A stretch of DNA of 64,000 nt from an uncultured Pelagibacteraceae bacterium (lineage in GTDB: Bacteria; Pseudomonadota; Alphaproteobacteria; Pelagibacterales; Pelagibacteraceae): NCBI GenBank assembly GCA_902578315.1, contig CACHCL010000003.1, positions 22,539-86,538 on the forward strand, read 5' to 3'. The notes under the pieces are model-generated. The model did no database searches. It saw nothing but the letters and a program-made list of their open reading frames with translations, and was not told where the DNA came from. Shown piece after piece: positions 21,939 to 32,334 of the stretch. Every line of letters starts with the position of its first letter. Position 1 is the first letter of the stretch. The translations under genes were made by a program, and so were the position numbers.

Positions 21939-22997
21939 ATGTCAAAAAAAATATTTTCTAATATCCCAGCTATACTAAAGGATGCAAGGAAGGGAAAAAT
22001 GTTTGTTCTAGTTGATGATGAAAATAGAGAAAACGAGGGTGACCTTGTTGTTCCCGGTTCAAAATGTAATTCTAATATAATAAATTTCATGGCTAAACAT
22101 GGGCGTGGTTTAATTTGTTTAGCTCTTACAAAAAGACAAGTTGATAATTTAAAACTTCCTTTAATGTCTCAAATTAATAAATCAAGAATGCAAACAGCGT
22201 TTACTGTTTCTATTGAAGCAAAAAAAGGTATTACAACTGGTATCTCTGCTTTTGATAGAGCTAAAACTATAAAAGTCGCGATTAATCCTAATTCAAAAAA
22301 AAAGGATATCGTTTCTCCTGGTCATGTTTTTCCTTTGGTTTCCAGGAATGGTGGCGTCTTAGAAAGAGCTGGTCACACAGAGGCCTCAATAGATATTTCT
22401 AAACTCTCAAAACTTAATCCGAGTTCAGTAATTTGTGAAGTAATGAACGAGGATGGTAGAATGGCCCGTCTTGATGATTTAGTTAAATTTTCAAAAAAAC
22501 ATAAAATCAAAATTGCCTCTATAGCTGATTTAATTTCATATAGATTAAAAAATGAGAAACTTATCTATAAATTATTCTCTAGAAATATTTCACTTGGAAA
22601 TAATTTAAAATACGTTTTAAGTATTTACAAAAATAAGCTTAATCATCACGAAAGTTTTGTGTTTTCAAACGGATTTTTCAAAGGTCAAAAATCTGTTCCA
22701 GTAAGAGTTTTATCAAAAAAGATTAAGAGAAGTGATTTACTGAAGGATAAAGAGATCAATAGGAATCTTAAAATATTATCCAAATTTAGAAATTTTGTAT
22801 TAGTAGTAATTAATAATCAAATTAATAAAGAGAAACAAAATGATACTGATATTACTTTAAGATATTATGGAATTGGTGCTCAAATAATAAAGGATCAAAA
22901 TGTAAAAAATATGATATTAGTTTCAAGAACTAAAAAAAAAATTATAGGCCTCGAAGGTTTTGGATTAAAAATTAAAAAACAAATTATAATTAAATGA
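21939..22997 (+). CDS. ribB: DHBP synthase with degenerate C-terminal GTP cyclohydrolase II-like domain (RibBX type)
   Basis: [23 protein letters not shown]; C-domain keeps YGIGAQI but has no zinc cysteines. Confidence 0.9.
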   Translation: MSKKIFSNIPAILKDARKGKMFVLVDDENRENEGDLVVPGSKCNSNIINFMAKHGRGLICLALTKRQVDNLKLPLMSQINKSRMQTAFTVSIEAKKGITTGISAFDRAKTIKVAINPNSKKKDIVSPGHVFPLVSRNGGVLERAGHTEASIDISKLSKLNPSSVICEVMNEDGRMARLDDLVKFSKKHKIKIASIADLISYRLKNEKLIYKLFSRNISLGNNLKYVLSIYKNKLNHHESFVFSNGFFKGQKSVPVRVLSKKIKRSDLLKDKEINRNLKILSKFRNFVLVVINNQINKEKQNDTDITLRYYGIGAQIIKDQNVKNMILVSRTKKKIIGLEGFGLKIKKQIIIK

Positions 22998-22998
22998 A

Positions 22999-23424
22999 AT
23001 GAAAAAAATTCTAATTGTAAACGCAAATTACTATAATCAAATCACATCCAAACTTGTGATTAGAGCTAAAAATATTTTGATTAAGAGTAAAATTAAGATA
23101 CATATAATCACAGTTCCTGGAGTTTTTGAAATTCCTATTGCTATTCGGAAAAATATTAAAAAATATGACGGCTTTATAGCCATTGGTTGTGTTATCAAGG
23201 GTGCTACGCCACATTTTGATTTAATTTGCAGAAGTTCTTTCGACGCAATTATGAATCTTGCAATTAGTTTTAATAAACCTATTGGAAATGGAATTATAAC
23301 TGCTTTAAATAAAAAACAAGCTTATGAGAGATGTGGAATAACAAGTTCTAATAAGCCGAATAAAGGTTTAGAGGCTGCAAAAGCAATTTTGTCGATATTT
23401 AAAAATGGAACAAAAAAAATTTAA
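22999..23424 (+). CDS. ribH: 6,7-dimethyl-8-ribityllumazine synthase
   Basis: VPGVFEIP, GCVIKGATPHFD, NKG.EAA. Confidence 0.95.
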   Translation: MKKILIVNANYYNQITSKLVIRAKNILIKSKIKIHIITVPGVFEIPIAIRKNIKKYDGFIAIGCVIKGATPHFDLICRSSFDAIMNLAISFNKPIGNGIITALNKKQAYERCGITSSNKPNKGLEAAKAILSIFKNGTKKI

Positions 23425-23806
23425 AAATCCCTCTCCAAGAATAAAAATAGTTCAGAAAATTTATAACTCTTTGATGAACCCAGATTCGATAATAGAATAT
23501 CCAAAAAATCAATATAAAAAATTTATAAAAGATGTTGTTTCAGGTACATTAGAAAGATCAGATTTAATAGAGGAGACAATCAATATTCATTTATTAAATG
23601 ATATTGATTTAAAAAAAACAGATAGATTGCTGAAAATAATACTATTTGCAGCGGTATTTGAACTTTTATTTAAACACCAAAATCCCAAAAAAGTTATTAT
23701 AAGCGAGTACTTATTAGCATCTGAATTTTTTTTGGAAAAAGTTCAAATTGGTTATTTAAACGCTATTTTAGATAAATTATCGAATGCGATAAGAAAAGAC
23801 GAGTAA
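23405..23806 (+). CDS. nusB: Transcription antitermination factor NusB
   Basis: AVFEL, PKKVIISEY, LNAILDK; follows ribH. Confidence 0.88.
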   Translation: MEQKKFKNPSPRIKIVQKIYNSLMNPDSIIEYPKNQYKKFIKDVVSGTLERSDLIEETINIHLLNDIDLKKTDRLLKIILFAAVFELLFKHQNPKKVIISEYLLASEFFLEKVQIGYLNAILDKLSNAIRKDE

Positions 23807-23870
23807 AAACGTTAAAAAATGAATTAATTAGCTTGCGTTTTTAATCCATTTTTGGCATTTATCCGATTAA

Positions 23871-25976
23871 ATGACTAATTATTTAGAACTCCTTTATTTA
23901 ATCTCTTTTACAGGTATACTTGCTGTAGCTTATAGCTACCTTTTATCTGGACAAATTATTTCAGCAAGTCCGGGGAATTCAAGAATGCAAGAAATAGCAG
24001 AAGCTATTCAAATAGGAGCAAAAGCTTATCTAAATAGACAATACAAAACCATTTCTATAGTTGGGATTTTAGTTCTAGCTATAGTAACATATTTTTTTAA
24101 TTATTTAGTTGGATTAGGATATTTTATTGGAGCTTTTCTATCTGGTGTAGCAGGATACGTTGGCATGTTAATTTCTGTAAAGGCTAATGTTAGAACCGCT
24201 GAAGCATCAAGAAAAAGTTTACAATCTGGATTAACTATTGCATTTAAATCTGGCGCAATTACTGGATTGCTAGTTGCGGGTTTAGCATTATTAGCAATTA
24301 CAATTTATTATATAATTTTAATAAATTTAAATGTTGAAAATAGAGAGATAATAAATGCATTGGTAGCACTAGGTTTCGGTGCGTCTCTAATTTCTATATT
24401 TGCAAGGCTTGGCGGCGGTATTTTTACAAAAGGTGCTGATGTTGGAGCAGATTTAGTTGGTAAAGTAGAGGCTGGAATCCCAGAAGACGACCCAAGAAAC
24501 CCGGCTGTAATTGCAGATAATGTTGGAGATAATGTAGGTGATTGTGCAGGTATGGCTGCTGATTTATTTGAGACTTATGCAGTAACAATTGTAGCAACAA
24601 TGGTTTTAGCATCAATATTTTCACCTCAAGATTACAATCTTATGATTTATCCGCTGGCGATTGGAGGAGCTTGTATAATTACATCGATTATTGGAACCTG
24701 GTTTGTAAAACTTGGAAAAAATAAAAACATTATGGGTGCTTTATACAAAGGTTTTATAGTGACAGCAGTTACATCTTTAATAATAATGTATCCAGTTACT
24801 AATAAATTAATAGGTTTATCAACCGGTTATACGAATAATGCTGGAGCTAGTTTTACAGGATTTGATCTATATATTTGTGGAGTAGTTGGTTTTATAATTA
24901 CAGGTTTACTAATTTGGGTTACAGAGTATTATACTGGCACAGATTACAGACCAGTAAAAACTGTTGCAAAATCATCAACTACAGGGCATGGAACTAATGT
25001 AATTCAAGGTTTAGCTATCTCAATGGAAGCAACCGCAATTCCAGCTTTGATAATAGTTGCTGGTATTTTATATACTAACAGTTTAGCTGGATTATATGGC
25101 ATAGCTATTGCTGTTACCGCGATGCTTGCTTTAACAGGAATGGTTGTAGCTCTTGATGCTTACGGTCCAGTGACAGATAATGCTGGTGGTATAGCTGAAA
25201 TGTCTAAACTTCCTAAAAATGTAAGAAAAACGACTGATGCTCTTGATGCTGTGGGTAATACTACTAAAGCTGTTACAAAAGGTTATGCTATTGGTTCTGC
25301 TGGACTCGGAGCGTTGGTACTTTTTGCTGCATATACTGAAGATATAAAATATTTTTCTAACGTAAATGACTCTGCTTTAGCAGGAGTGAACGTTACTTTT
25401 GATTTATCAAATCCATTTGTTGTTGCAGGATTGTTGATTGGCGGTATGTTGCCTTATTTATTTGGATCAATGGGAATGCAAGCTGTAGGCAGGGCTGGTG
25501 GTTCAGTTGTAATAGAGGTCAGAAGACAATTTAAAAAAATTCCAGGAATAATGAAAGGTAAAAGAAAACCTGATTATGGACGATTAGTTGATTTATTAAC
25601 AAAGGCAGCAATAAAAGAAATGATTGTTCCATCATTACTTCCAGTTTTATCTCCTATAATTTTATATTATATAATTTTACAAATCGGGGGTTTGGAGGCT
25701 GCATTATCATCTTTGGGAGCAATGTTATTGGGAGTGATTATAACTGGTTTATTTGTAGCTGTTTCTATGACAGCTGGAGGTGGAGCTTGGGATAACGCCA
25801 AGAAATATATAGAAGATGGAAACTTCGGTGGAAAAGGTTCAGAGGCGCATAAGTCTGCTGTAACAGGTGACACAGTAGGAGATCCGTATAAAGATACGGC
25901 TGGCCCAGCTGTAAACCCAATGATAAAAATTACTAATATAGTTGCTTTATTATTATTAGCGGTTATAGCGCACTAA
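23871..25976 (+). CDS. hppA: Membrane-bound H+-translocating pyrophosphatase (K+-independent signature)
   Basis: [26 protein letters not shown] (Lys at the K+ determinant position). Confidence 0.96.
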   Translation: MTNYLELLYLISFTGILAVAYSYLLSGQIISASPGNSRMQEIAEAIQIGAKAYLNRQYKTISIVGILVLAIVTYFFNYLVGLGYFIGAFLSGVAGYVGMLISVKANVRTAEASRKSLQSGLTIAFKSGAITGLLVAGLALLAITIYYIILINLNVENREIINALVALGFGASLISIFARLGGGIFTKGADVGADLVGKVEAGIPEDDPRNPAVIADNVGDNVGDCAGMAADLFETYAVTIVATMVLASIFSPQDYNLMIYPLAIGGACIITSIIGTWFVKLGKNKNIMGALYKGFIVTAVTSLIIMYPVTNKLIGLSTGYTNNAGASFTGFDLYICGVVGFIITGLLIWVTEYYTGTDYRPVKTVAKSSTTGHGTNVIQGLAISMEATAIPALIIVAGILYTNSLAGLYGIAIAVTAMLALTGMVVALDAYGPVTDNAGGIAEMSKLPKNVRKTTDALDAVGNTTKAVTKGYAIGSAGLGALVLFAAYTEDIKYFSNVNDSALAGVNVTFDLSNPFVVAGLLIGGMLPYLFGSMGMQAVGRAGGSVVIEVRRQFKKIPGIMKGKRKPDYGRLVDLLTKAAIKEMIVPSLLPVLSPIILYYIILQIGGLEAALSSLGAMLLGVIITGLFVAVSMTAGGGAWDNAKKYIEDGNFGGKGSEAHKSAVTGDTVGDPYKDTAGPAVNPMIKITNIVALLLLAVIAH

Positions 25977-25979
25977 TTT

Positions 25980-26441
25980 TTATCTATTTCCGTACATTTT
26001 TGATTTTACACTAGATAAAAATCTTTCAACAAAGCTTTTTTGTGTTAGCTCGTTTTCTGTTTGATCCTTTGAAAATGAAATTTTTTTAATATCATTTTTA
26101 TTCAAAAATCTTTTGTCCTTTAAAATTCCAAATTTATCAAAATTTAAAACTAGAATATTATTAGATTTCAGTACATGTTGACCTAATTTATGATATTGGC
26201 CTTTTGTCAAAACTCTTTCCACATAAAACCATTCATTTTCATTATTTATTGATTTAGAATGAGGATATCCAACTATTTTTAAAACATCGTTTTTATTTGA
26301 TGAATTAAGTATTAATTTTTCTGATCTATTTTCCAAGAAAACTATTCCATGATTTAAGGATGGGTCTTGTAATTGACAATTATTTAAAATAATAAGAGCA
26401 AATAAAGTTAATATTTTAAAATGTTTAGTACCAAACAACAT
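25980..26441 (-). CDS. bamE: Outer membrane assembly lipoprotein BamE
   Basis: Lipobox-like LNNC, K.DV...G.P, WFY; usual position after hppA. Confidence 0.75.
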   Translation of the reverse strand: MLFGTKHFKILTLFALIILNNCQLQDPSLNHGIVFLENRSEKLILNSSNKNDVLKIVGYPHSKSINNENEWFYVERVLTKGQYHKLGQHVLKSNNILVLNFDKFGILKDKRFLNKNDIKKISFSKDQTENELTQKSFVERFLSSVKSKMYGNR

Positions 26442-26930
26442 AATTCTGATTTGTATAACACATTACTTAAATTATCTAGGAATATTTTTTTTTATAAAAA
26501 AATTCAATTAAAGGACAACTTTGAAACTAGAATTTACCTTATGTTTATACATTTTTCAATCATGATGATAATTTTTAAAAAAAAGGGAAAAAAATTTAGC
26601 CAAGAGTCTTATGACGCATTATTTAATAATATAGAGTACAATTTAAGGGAAATGGGTTATGGAGATGTGGCAGTAAATAAAAAGATGAAAGATTTAAATA
26701 AGTTGTTGTACGACATTCTTTTAAAAATTGAAAAAACCAAAGATAATAAGTTTAAAATAAATGAGAAACTCATATTCAAGTATTTCGGTGAACTTAAATT
26801 AAACGATAACGTTAATTACTTTAAATTGGAGGAATATCTGATCAATTTTTATGATTTTTGCTTTGATATTTCTCCTGATAGTATGATAAGAGGTGCTTTA
26901 GAATTTGGAGAAAATTATGGCAGTACCTAA
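26421..26930 (+). CDS. Ubiquinol-cytochrome c chaperone (UQCC1/Cbp3 family)
   Basis: [21 protein letters not shown]. Confidence 0.85.
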   Translation: MFSTKQHNSDLYNTLLKLSRNIFFYKKIQLKDNFETRIYLMFIHFSIMMIIFKKKGKKFSQESYDALFNNIEYNLREMGYGDVAVNKKMKDLNKLLYDILLKIEKTKDNKFKINEKLIFKYFGELKLNDNVNYFKLEEYLINFYDFCFDISPDSMIRGALEFGENYGST

Positions 26931-27090
26931 ACGAAAAACGTCTATATCAAAAAAAAAAATGAGGAGATCGCATCATAAAATCTCCCAATTAAATATCATT
27001 GAAGATAAAAAGAGTGGAGAGTATAAATTATCTCATCACGTAGATCTTAAGTCTGGATATTATAACGGAAAAAAGATTTTAGATATTTAA
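26917..27090 (+). CDS. rpmF: 50S ribosomal protein L32 (Cys-less form)
   Basis: MAVPKRKTS...RRSH, GYYNG; GGAG RBS upstream. Confidence 0.95.
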   Translation: MAVPKRKTSISKKKMRRSHHKISQLNIIEDKKSGEYKLSHHVDLKSGYYNGKKILDI

Positions 27091-27098
27091 TAAAACTA

Positions 27099-28139
27099 AT
27101 GACAAAAAAAATAACTATTGCAATCGATGCAATGGGTGGAGAGAATGCCCCAGATAAAACTATAGAGGGCGTAGGTCTTTTTATTAATAAGTTTAATAAT
27201 AAAAAAGATTATACACTCAATCTTTTTGGTGACGAAAAGAAGATTAAAGAAAAATTAGAAAAATATAAGATTAATAACAACAATATAATTATTACTCACA
27301 CTGACTCTGTCGTTTCAGATAAGGAAACACCAATAACAGCTGTAAAAAACTCAAAAAACACAAGTATGTGGAATTGTATTAAGTCACAATTAGACGGTGA
27401 CTCTGATATAAGTTTATCAGCTGGTAACACTGGTGTATTATTAGTCATATCTAGAATGATATTAAAGATGATGGATGATGTAAGCAAACCAGCTTTAGCT
27501 GGTCTTTGGCCAAACAAGCTTGGAACGAATATAGTTTTAGATTTAGGAGCAAACATAGAGTGTACTGAGCAAAATTTAATTGATTTTGCAGAGCTAGGAT
27601 CAGCTTTGTATAAATCTCTATTTCCCGAGGATAAAGCTAATGTATCTCTTTTAAATGTAGGTTCGGAAGAAATTAAAGGGACTGAATTGTTAAAGAATAC
27701 TTCAAAAAAATTAGCTGAATTAAGTAATGAAAATAATTTTATTTTTAAAGGATATATTGAAGGTAACGAAATTATGAGTGGTAAATCAAATGTAATTGTA
27801 ACAGATGGTTTTACTGGTAATATTGCACTTAAAACAGCCGAGGGAACTGCAAAATTTATAACAGACAATCTAAAAAAAAGTTTAAAAGAAAATTTGTTTT
27901 CAAAAATCTCAATAATATTTTCTTATTTTTCATTAAAAAAATTTCAAAAAAAATTAGATCCAAGGAAATACAACGGTGCTATTTTTTTAGGTTTGAATGG
28001 ACCTGTAGTGAAGAGTCATGGTGGAATCGACAGTTTAGGATTTTATCATTCAATAGATTTATGCTATAAGATAGTTAAAGGAAATTTAATGGCTCAAATA
28101 AAAAATAATTTAAGTCATTTAAAAAATGGCAAAGGGTAA
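27099..28139 (+). CDS. plsX: Phosphate acyltransferase PlsX
   Basis: IAIDAMGG, SAGNTG, DGFTGN..LK..EG, KSHG. Confidence 0.96.
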   Translation: MTKKITIAIDAMGGENAPDKTIEGVGLFINKFNNKKDYTLNLFGDEKKIKEKLEKYKINNNNIIITHTDSVVSDKETPITAVKNSKNTSMWNCIKSQLDGDSDISLSAGNTGVLLVISRMILKMMDDVSKPALAGLWPNKLGTNIVLDLGANIECTEQNLIDFAELGSALYKSLFPEDKANVSLLNVGSEEIKGTELLKNTSKKLAELSNENNFIFKGYIEGNEIMSGKSNVIVTDGFTGNIALKTAEGTAKFITDNLKKSLKENLFSKISIIFSYFSLKKFQKKLDPRKYNGAIFLGLNGPVVKSHGGIDSLGFYHSIDLCYKIVKGNLMAQIKNNLSHLKNGKG

Positions 28140-28413
28140 TTTAAGACGTATTGATTTAGCAAAGATTGTATCCCAAAAAAAAGGATTTCCTCTATTATTT
28201 TCAAAAAAATTGATTGATAATTTGATAGATGTATTAATATTTTCTGTTTCCAAAAATAAATTAAACCTGAAAAATATTGGTACTTTTAATATAGTAAAAA
28301 AAAACAGTAGATTAGGCAGAAATCCTAAGACAAGGCAAGAATTTATTATTACTGCCCGTAAATCTATTAGTTTTAAACCATCAAAAACCTTATTAAAAAA
28401 AATTAACAACTAA
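28126..28413 (+). CDS. ihfA: Integration host factor alpha / HU-family protein
   Basis: GTF...K.SRLGRNPKT, SFKPS; plsX-ihfA-merR synteny. Confidence 0.8.
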   Translation: MAKGNLRRIDLAKIVSQKKGFPLLFSKKLIDNLIDVLIFSVSKNKLNLKNIGTFNIVKKNSRLGRNPKTRQEFIITARKSISFKPSKTLLKKINN

Positions 28414-28793
28414 TGAAAAAATATGTTTCAATTAGTGAACTATCCAAAGAATTAAATTTAGTTAATCCTACAACTAAAAAACCCTTAAATTATGTTTTGA
28501 GATTCTGGGAGCAAAAGTTTAGACAGATTAAACCTAAAATAATCAATAAAAGAAGATATTACTCATTAGAACAGGTTCAGTTGATTAAATTAATTAATTT
28601 TCTTTTAAAAAATAAGGGTTTAACTATAAATGGTGTCAAAAATCTTTTAAATTCGAATATAAATAAACTTGACGATTACGATTCGCATAGTTTAAAAACT
28701 GATTATTTTAAAAAAAATTTAAAAGAAAAGTCTTTTAAAGTTTTGGAAAAAATTAAGAGATTAAAAAAATATGGCAAAAAAAACACACATTAA
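28413..28793 (+). CDS. MerR family transcriptional regulator
   Basis: SISELS...VLRFWEQ.F..IKP...RRYY...GLTI.GVK. Confidence 0.85.
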   Translation: MKKYVSISELSKELNLVNPTTKKPLNYVLRFWEQKFRQIKPKIINKRRYYSLEQVQLIKLINFLLKNKGLTINGVKNLLNSNINKLDDYDSHSLKTDYFKKNLKEKSFKVLEKIKRLKKYGKKNTH

Positions 28794-28962
28794 AGTTAGA
28801 CTTGTACCAGAAAACAAACCGGATAGTAAGTTTGTTTACTATGCAAAAAAACCCACTAAGGGTGAGAAGGCTAAAGACAAATTGAAATTAAAAAAGTATA
28901 ATCCTAATACAAGGAAACATGAGTATTTTGTTGAAAAAAAACTTCCTCCACATAGTAAATAA
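28771..28962 (+). CDS. rpmG: 50S ribosomal protein L33 (Cys-less, extended)
   Basis: IKVRL...YY..K...KLKLKKYNP..RKH..F.E.K. Confidence 0.85.
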   Translation: MAKKTHIKVRLVPENKPDSKFVYYAKKPTKGEKAKDKLKLKKYNPNTRKHEYFVEKKLPPHSK

Positions 28963-29244
28963 TCATTTTTTTTTAAAGTTTCTAAACTCATAATCAATAT
29001 AAGCTCCTATCATAGCCCGCCATATTCTTTGGGTGATTTTTGGATCTATTTTCTTTCTTTTAGACTTTTGGTTTATATTCTTTAATATCTTTTTTATTCT
29101 TTTTTTATCTACAATATCTTTTTTGTATCTTTTATTCTTTAGAACTTGATCGACCAAACCTGTTCTTTTTTTTATAAGATCTAGAAATAGATTATCGAGC
29201 TTATCTAATTTTTTTCTTATTCTGATTATATTTTTATAATTCAT
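28963..29244 (-). CDS. Chorismate mutase (AroQ type)
   Basis: IR..LD.LD...L.LI..R...V...K, I.D..R, IW..MI. Confidence 0.85.
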   Translation of the reverse strand: MNYKNIIRIRKKLDKLDNLFLDLIKKRTGLVDQVLKNKRYKKDIVDKKRIKKILKNINQKSKRKKIDPKITQRIWRAMIGAYIDYEFRNFKKK

Positions 29245-29292
29245 CGCGACATTATTAAATTACAGATCTCATAAAATGTATATATATTATTA

Positions 29293-30321
29293 GTGATGTT
29301 AAAAAAGGATAAATTAACAAATATTTTGTTTCAAAATTGGTTAACTTTAAATCTGATACTAGTTTTTTCAATGATAATTGTTGGAGGATTAACTAGACTT
29401 ACTGACTCAGGTTTATCTATAACTGAGTGGGAGTTATTCAAAGGAATATTTCCACCTATGTCAGACACATCTTGGAATGACTACTTTGAGTCATATAAGA
29501 AAATACCTCAATATGAACTTTTAAATCAAAACATGACTTTAGATGAATTTAAAATTATTTTTTTATGGGAATATTTTCATAGGATTCTTGGTAGAATAAT
29601 TGGTTTATTTTTTTTAATACCACTTATCTATTTTAATTTTTTTTCCAAAATAGAAAAAAAATATTTATTTCTATGTAATATCATTTTTATCTTAATTCTT
29701 GTTCAAGGTTTAATTGGTTGGTATATGGTACAAAGTGGTTTAGTTAATGATGTTACAGTTAGTCATTACAGACTTGCAATGCATCTCTTAACAGCAATTA
29801 TAATTATAAGTTCAATTTATTGGTTATTACTAAATTTAAAACATAATAGAAATAAAAGTTTTTTTGATTTTAATAAAATAAATTCTCCTTTTATTATTTT
29901 AATTTTCTTAATATTTCTTCAAATAATTTTTGGAGCCTTTGTATCTGGACTTGACGCTGGTAAAATCTACCAAACTTGGCCAAAAATGGGTGACACCTTT
30001 TTTCCTAATGATTTAGTGATAATTAATTTTCTTAACATCGTAGATTTTGATAATCACTCATTAGTTCAATTTTATCATAGGGCTTTAGCTTACTTCATAA
30101 CCATGTACATAACTATTACTGCATTTTATATTTTTTATAAAAAAATGAGAAAATTGTTTAAATACTTATTAGTTGTGTTTATATTTTTAGTTATTCAAAT
30201 TTTACTTGGTATTTTTACTCTTATTAGTGGTTTAAATATTTATTTAGCTTCAGCTCATCAGATAAGTAGTATCTTATTAGTTTTTAGTACAATAAAACTT
30301 TATTATTTTTCAATTAAATAA
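29293..30321 (+). CDS. ctaA: Heme A synthase COX15/CtaA
   Basis: GGLTRLTDSGLSITEW, WEYFHR, GWYMV.SGL, QFYHR. Confidence 0.95.
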   Translation: MMLKKDKLTNILFQNWLTLNLILVFSMIIVGGLTRLTDSGLSITEWELFKGIFPPMSDTSWNDYFESYKKIPQYELLNQNMTLDEFKIIFLWEYFHRILGRIIGLFFLIPLIYFNFFSKIEKKYLFLCNIIFILILVQGLIGWYMVQSGLVNDVTVSHYRLAMHLLTAIIIISSIYWLLLNLKHNRNKSFFDFNKINSPFIILIFLIFLQIIFGAFVSGLDAGKIYQTWPKMGDTFFPNDLVIINFLNIVDFDNHSLVQFYHRALAYFITMYITITAFYIFYKKMRKLFKYLLVVFIFLVIQILLGIFTLISGLNIYLASAHQISSILLVFSTIKLYYFSIK

Positions 30322-30363
30322 TTTGACTTTGCGATATAATCTTAGTAATTATCGCCAACAAAT

Positions 30364-30822
30364 ATGACGCCTTTTGTAAAAAAAAAAGATATAAAAAATA
30401 ATTGGTATTTAATAAATGCTCAAAATTTAGCTGTTGGAAGGCTGGCTGCTTTTATTTCAAAAATTCTAAGAGGTAAAAATAAAACAACATTTAATCCACA
30501 TATTGATAACGGAGATTTTGTAATAGTTACAAATATTGAAAAAATTAAATTTACAGGTAAAAAATTTTCAAACAAAAAATACTATAGACACACAGGTCAT
30601 CCAGGCGGGATTAAAGAAATTACACCTGAACTTTTAACAAATAAAAATAAAGTTGAGAATATACTTAAATTAGCTGTTAAAAGAATGTTACCGGGAGGCC
30701 CATTAGCTAAAAAACAATTGACTAAATTAAAAATCTACAAAGGCGAGAGTCATCCTCATGAAGTTCAAAAACCAAAAACTATAAATTTTGATAAATTGAA
30801 TAGAAAAAACTCTGTCATTTAA
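30364..30822 (+). CDS. rplM: 50S ribosomal protein L13
   Basis: GRLA...LRGK.K..F.PH.D.GD, YYRHTGHPGG. Confidence 0.98.
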   Translation: MTPFVKKKDIKNNWYLINAQNLAVGRLAAFISKILRGKNKTTFNPHIDNGDFVIVTNIEKIKFTGKKFSNKKYYRHTGHPGGIKEITPELLTNKNKVENILKLAVKRMLPGGPLAKKQLTKLKIYKGESHPHEVQKPKTINFDKLNRKNSVI

Positions 30823-31253
30823 TGGAAAATACCAACACTACATCAAAAAAAATCAGATTAGATTTTAAGGATAGTAAGTACGCCACTGGGAGAAGAAAAA
30901 AATCGATAGCCAAGGTTTGGGTAAAAAAAGGAAATGGTAATATCCATGTAAATGGTCTTAAAATGAATGAATATTTTAAAAGACCTGTTCATCAAATAAT
31001 TGTAACAAGACCCTTGGAGATTTCTGAAGTTGTATCGAATTATGATGTGAAGTGTTCAGTAAAGGGTGGAGGACTTTCTGGCCAAGCAGGTGCAATTATT
31101 TTAGGTATTTCCAAAGCTTTAATAGAGCATGATGTTAATTTAAAAAAGAATTTGAAAAAAGATAAACTTACCACCAGAGACTCAAGAGTTGTCGAAAGAA
31201 AAAAATACGGTCACAGAAAAGCTAGAAGAAGCTTTCAGTTTTCTAAACGATAA
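30822..31253 (+). CDS. rpsI: 30S ribosomal protein S9
   Basis: ATGRRK, GGGLSGQA, ERKKYG..KARR..QFSKR. Confidence 0.98.
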   Translation: MENTNTTSKKIRLDFKDSKYATGRRKKSIAKVWVKKGNGNIHVNGLKMNEYFKRPVHQIIVTRPLEISEVVSNYDVKCSVKGGGLSGQAGAIILGISKALIEHDVNLKKNLKKDKLTTRDSRVVERKKYGHRKARRSFQFSKR

Positions 31254-31296
31254 TCATTTAAATTTAAATTACTATAAGACAATGATATAAATTATT

Positions 31297-32334
31297 ATGT
31301 CGTTAAAAAATAAATTAAAAATTGCTATTATTGGCGCAACTGGTTATACGGGACTAGATCTAGTTTTAATGCTATCTAGACATCCTAGAGTTATTATTAA
31401 AAATCTTTGTGCATCTAAAAACTTAGGTAAAGATATTACTTATTTTGACAAAAGAATTAAAAAACAACTACCTAAAATATCTTCAATCAAAAATATTAAT
31501 TGGAACAATATTGATTTAGTTTTTTTATCTGCACCAAATGGTGAAGCTCATAAAATAATAAAAAAAACTTTTTATAAATATAAACAATTAAAATATATAG
31601 ACTTATCATCTGATTTTAGAATTAAAGATCCAAAAATATATTCAAAGTTTTATAAAAAAAAACATGGAGCCATCAAACTTATAAAGAAATCTATTTATTC
31701 GATTAGTGAATTTAATAAAAATAAAATACTTAATTACAGAATTATATCTAACCCAGGATGTTATCCTACATCAATCCAACTTCCTTTAATACCGCTTATC
31801 AAAAAAAAATTAATTTATCTAAAAGATATAACCATTGACTCAAAATCTGGTTATTCAGGTGCAGGGAAAAATTTTAAAAGAATATTCAAACATAAAAATT
31901 TATATAAGTCTACATTTGCTTACAGTCCAAATAGTCATAGACACATGAGTGAAATAGATCAAGAATTTATGAAATATTCAAAACAAAAAATTAATTATTC
32001 TTTTAACCCACACTTGTTACCAACATTTAGAGGCATACTCTCTTCTATTTACCTAAAGGTAAATAAAAAATCATCAGCTAAAATAATAAGAAATGAACTT
32101 TTAAAATTTTATAAAAATTCAAAATTTATTAAGATATTAAAACTAAATTCCGCTTTAGGCTCTGGAAACGTTCTTAATACCAATAACTGTGAAATCTCGG
32201 TATGCCAAACAAACGTGAAAGATAAAATAGTTATTTTTTCTGCTATTGATAACTTGATAAAAGGCGCTTCCGGTCAAGCAATACAAAATATGAATTTAAC
32301 TTTTAAATTTCCCGAAACTCTTGGCTTAAAATGA
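31297..32334 (+). CDS. argC: N-acetyl-gamma-glutamyl-phosphate reductase
   Basis: GATGYTG, NPGCYPT, DNLIKGASGQA. Confidence 0.96.
   Translation: MSLKNKLKIAIIGATGYTGLDLVLMLSRHPRVIIKNLCASKNLGKDITYFDKRIKKQLPKISSIKNINWNNIDLVFLSAPNGEAHKIIKKTFYKYKQLKYIDLSSDFRIKDPKIYSKFYKKKHGAIKLIKKSIYSISEFNKNKILNYRIISNPGCYPTSIQLPLIPLIKKKLIYLKDITIDSKSGYSGAGKNFKRIFKHKNLYKSTFAYSPNSHRHMSEIDQEFMKYSKQKINYSFNPHLLPTFRGILSSIYLKVNKKSSAKIIRNELLKFYKNSKFIKILKLNSALGSGNVLNTNNCEISVCQTNVKDKIVIFSAIDNLIKGASGQAIQNMNLTFKFPETLGLK

Noticed and set aside
27296-27868. Antisense ORFs in the track (e.g. 27296-27868, 14538-14867, 32585-32881, 42779-43108, 46946-47269, 59704-60048)
   Set aside because: They lie opposite well-supported genes and show no recognisable motifs; treated as shadow ORFs.
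30331-30355. GCGATA/TATCGC inverted repeat before rplM as an autoregulatory leader
   Set aside because: Only 6 bp and overlapping the likely promoter; insufficient evidence.
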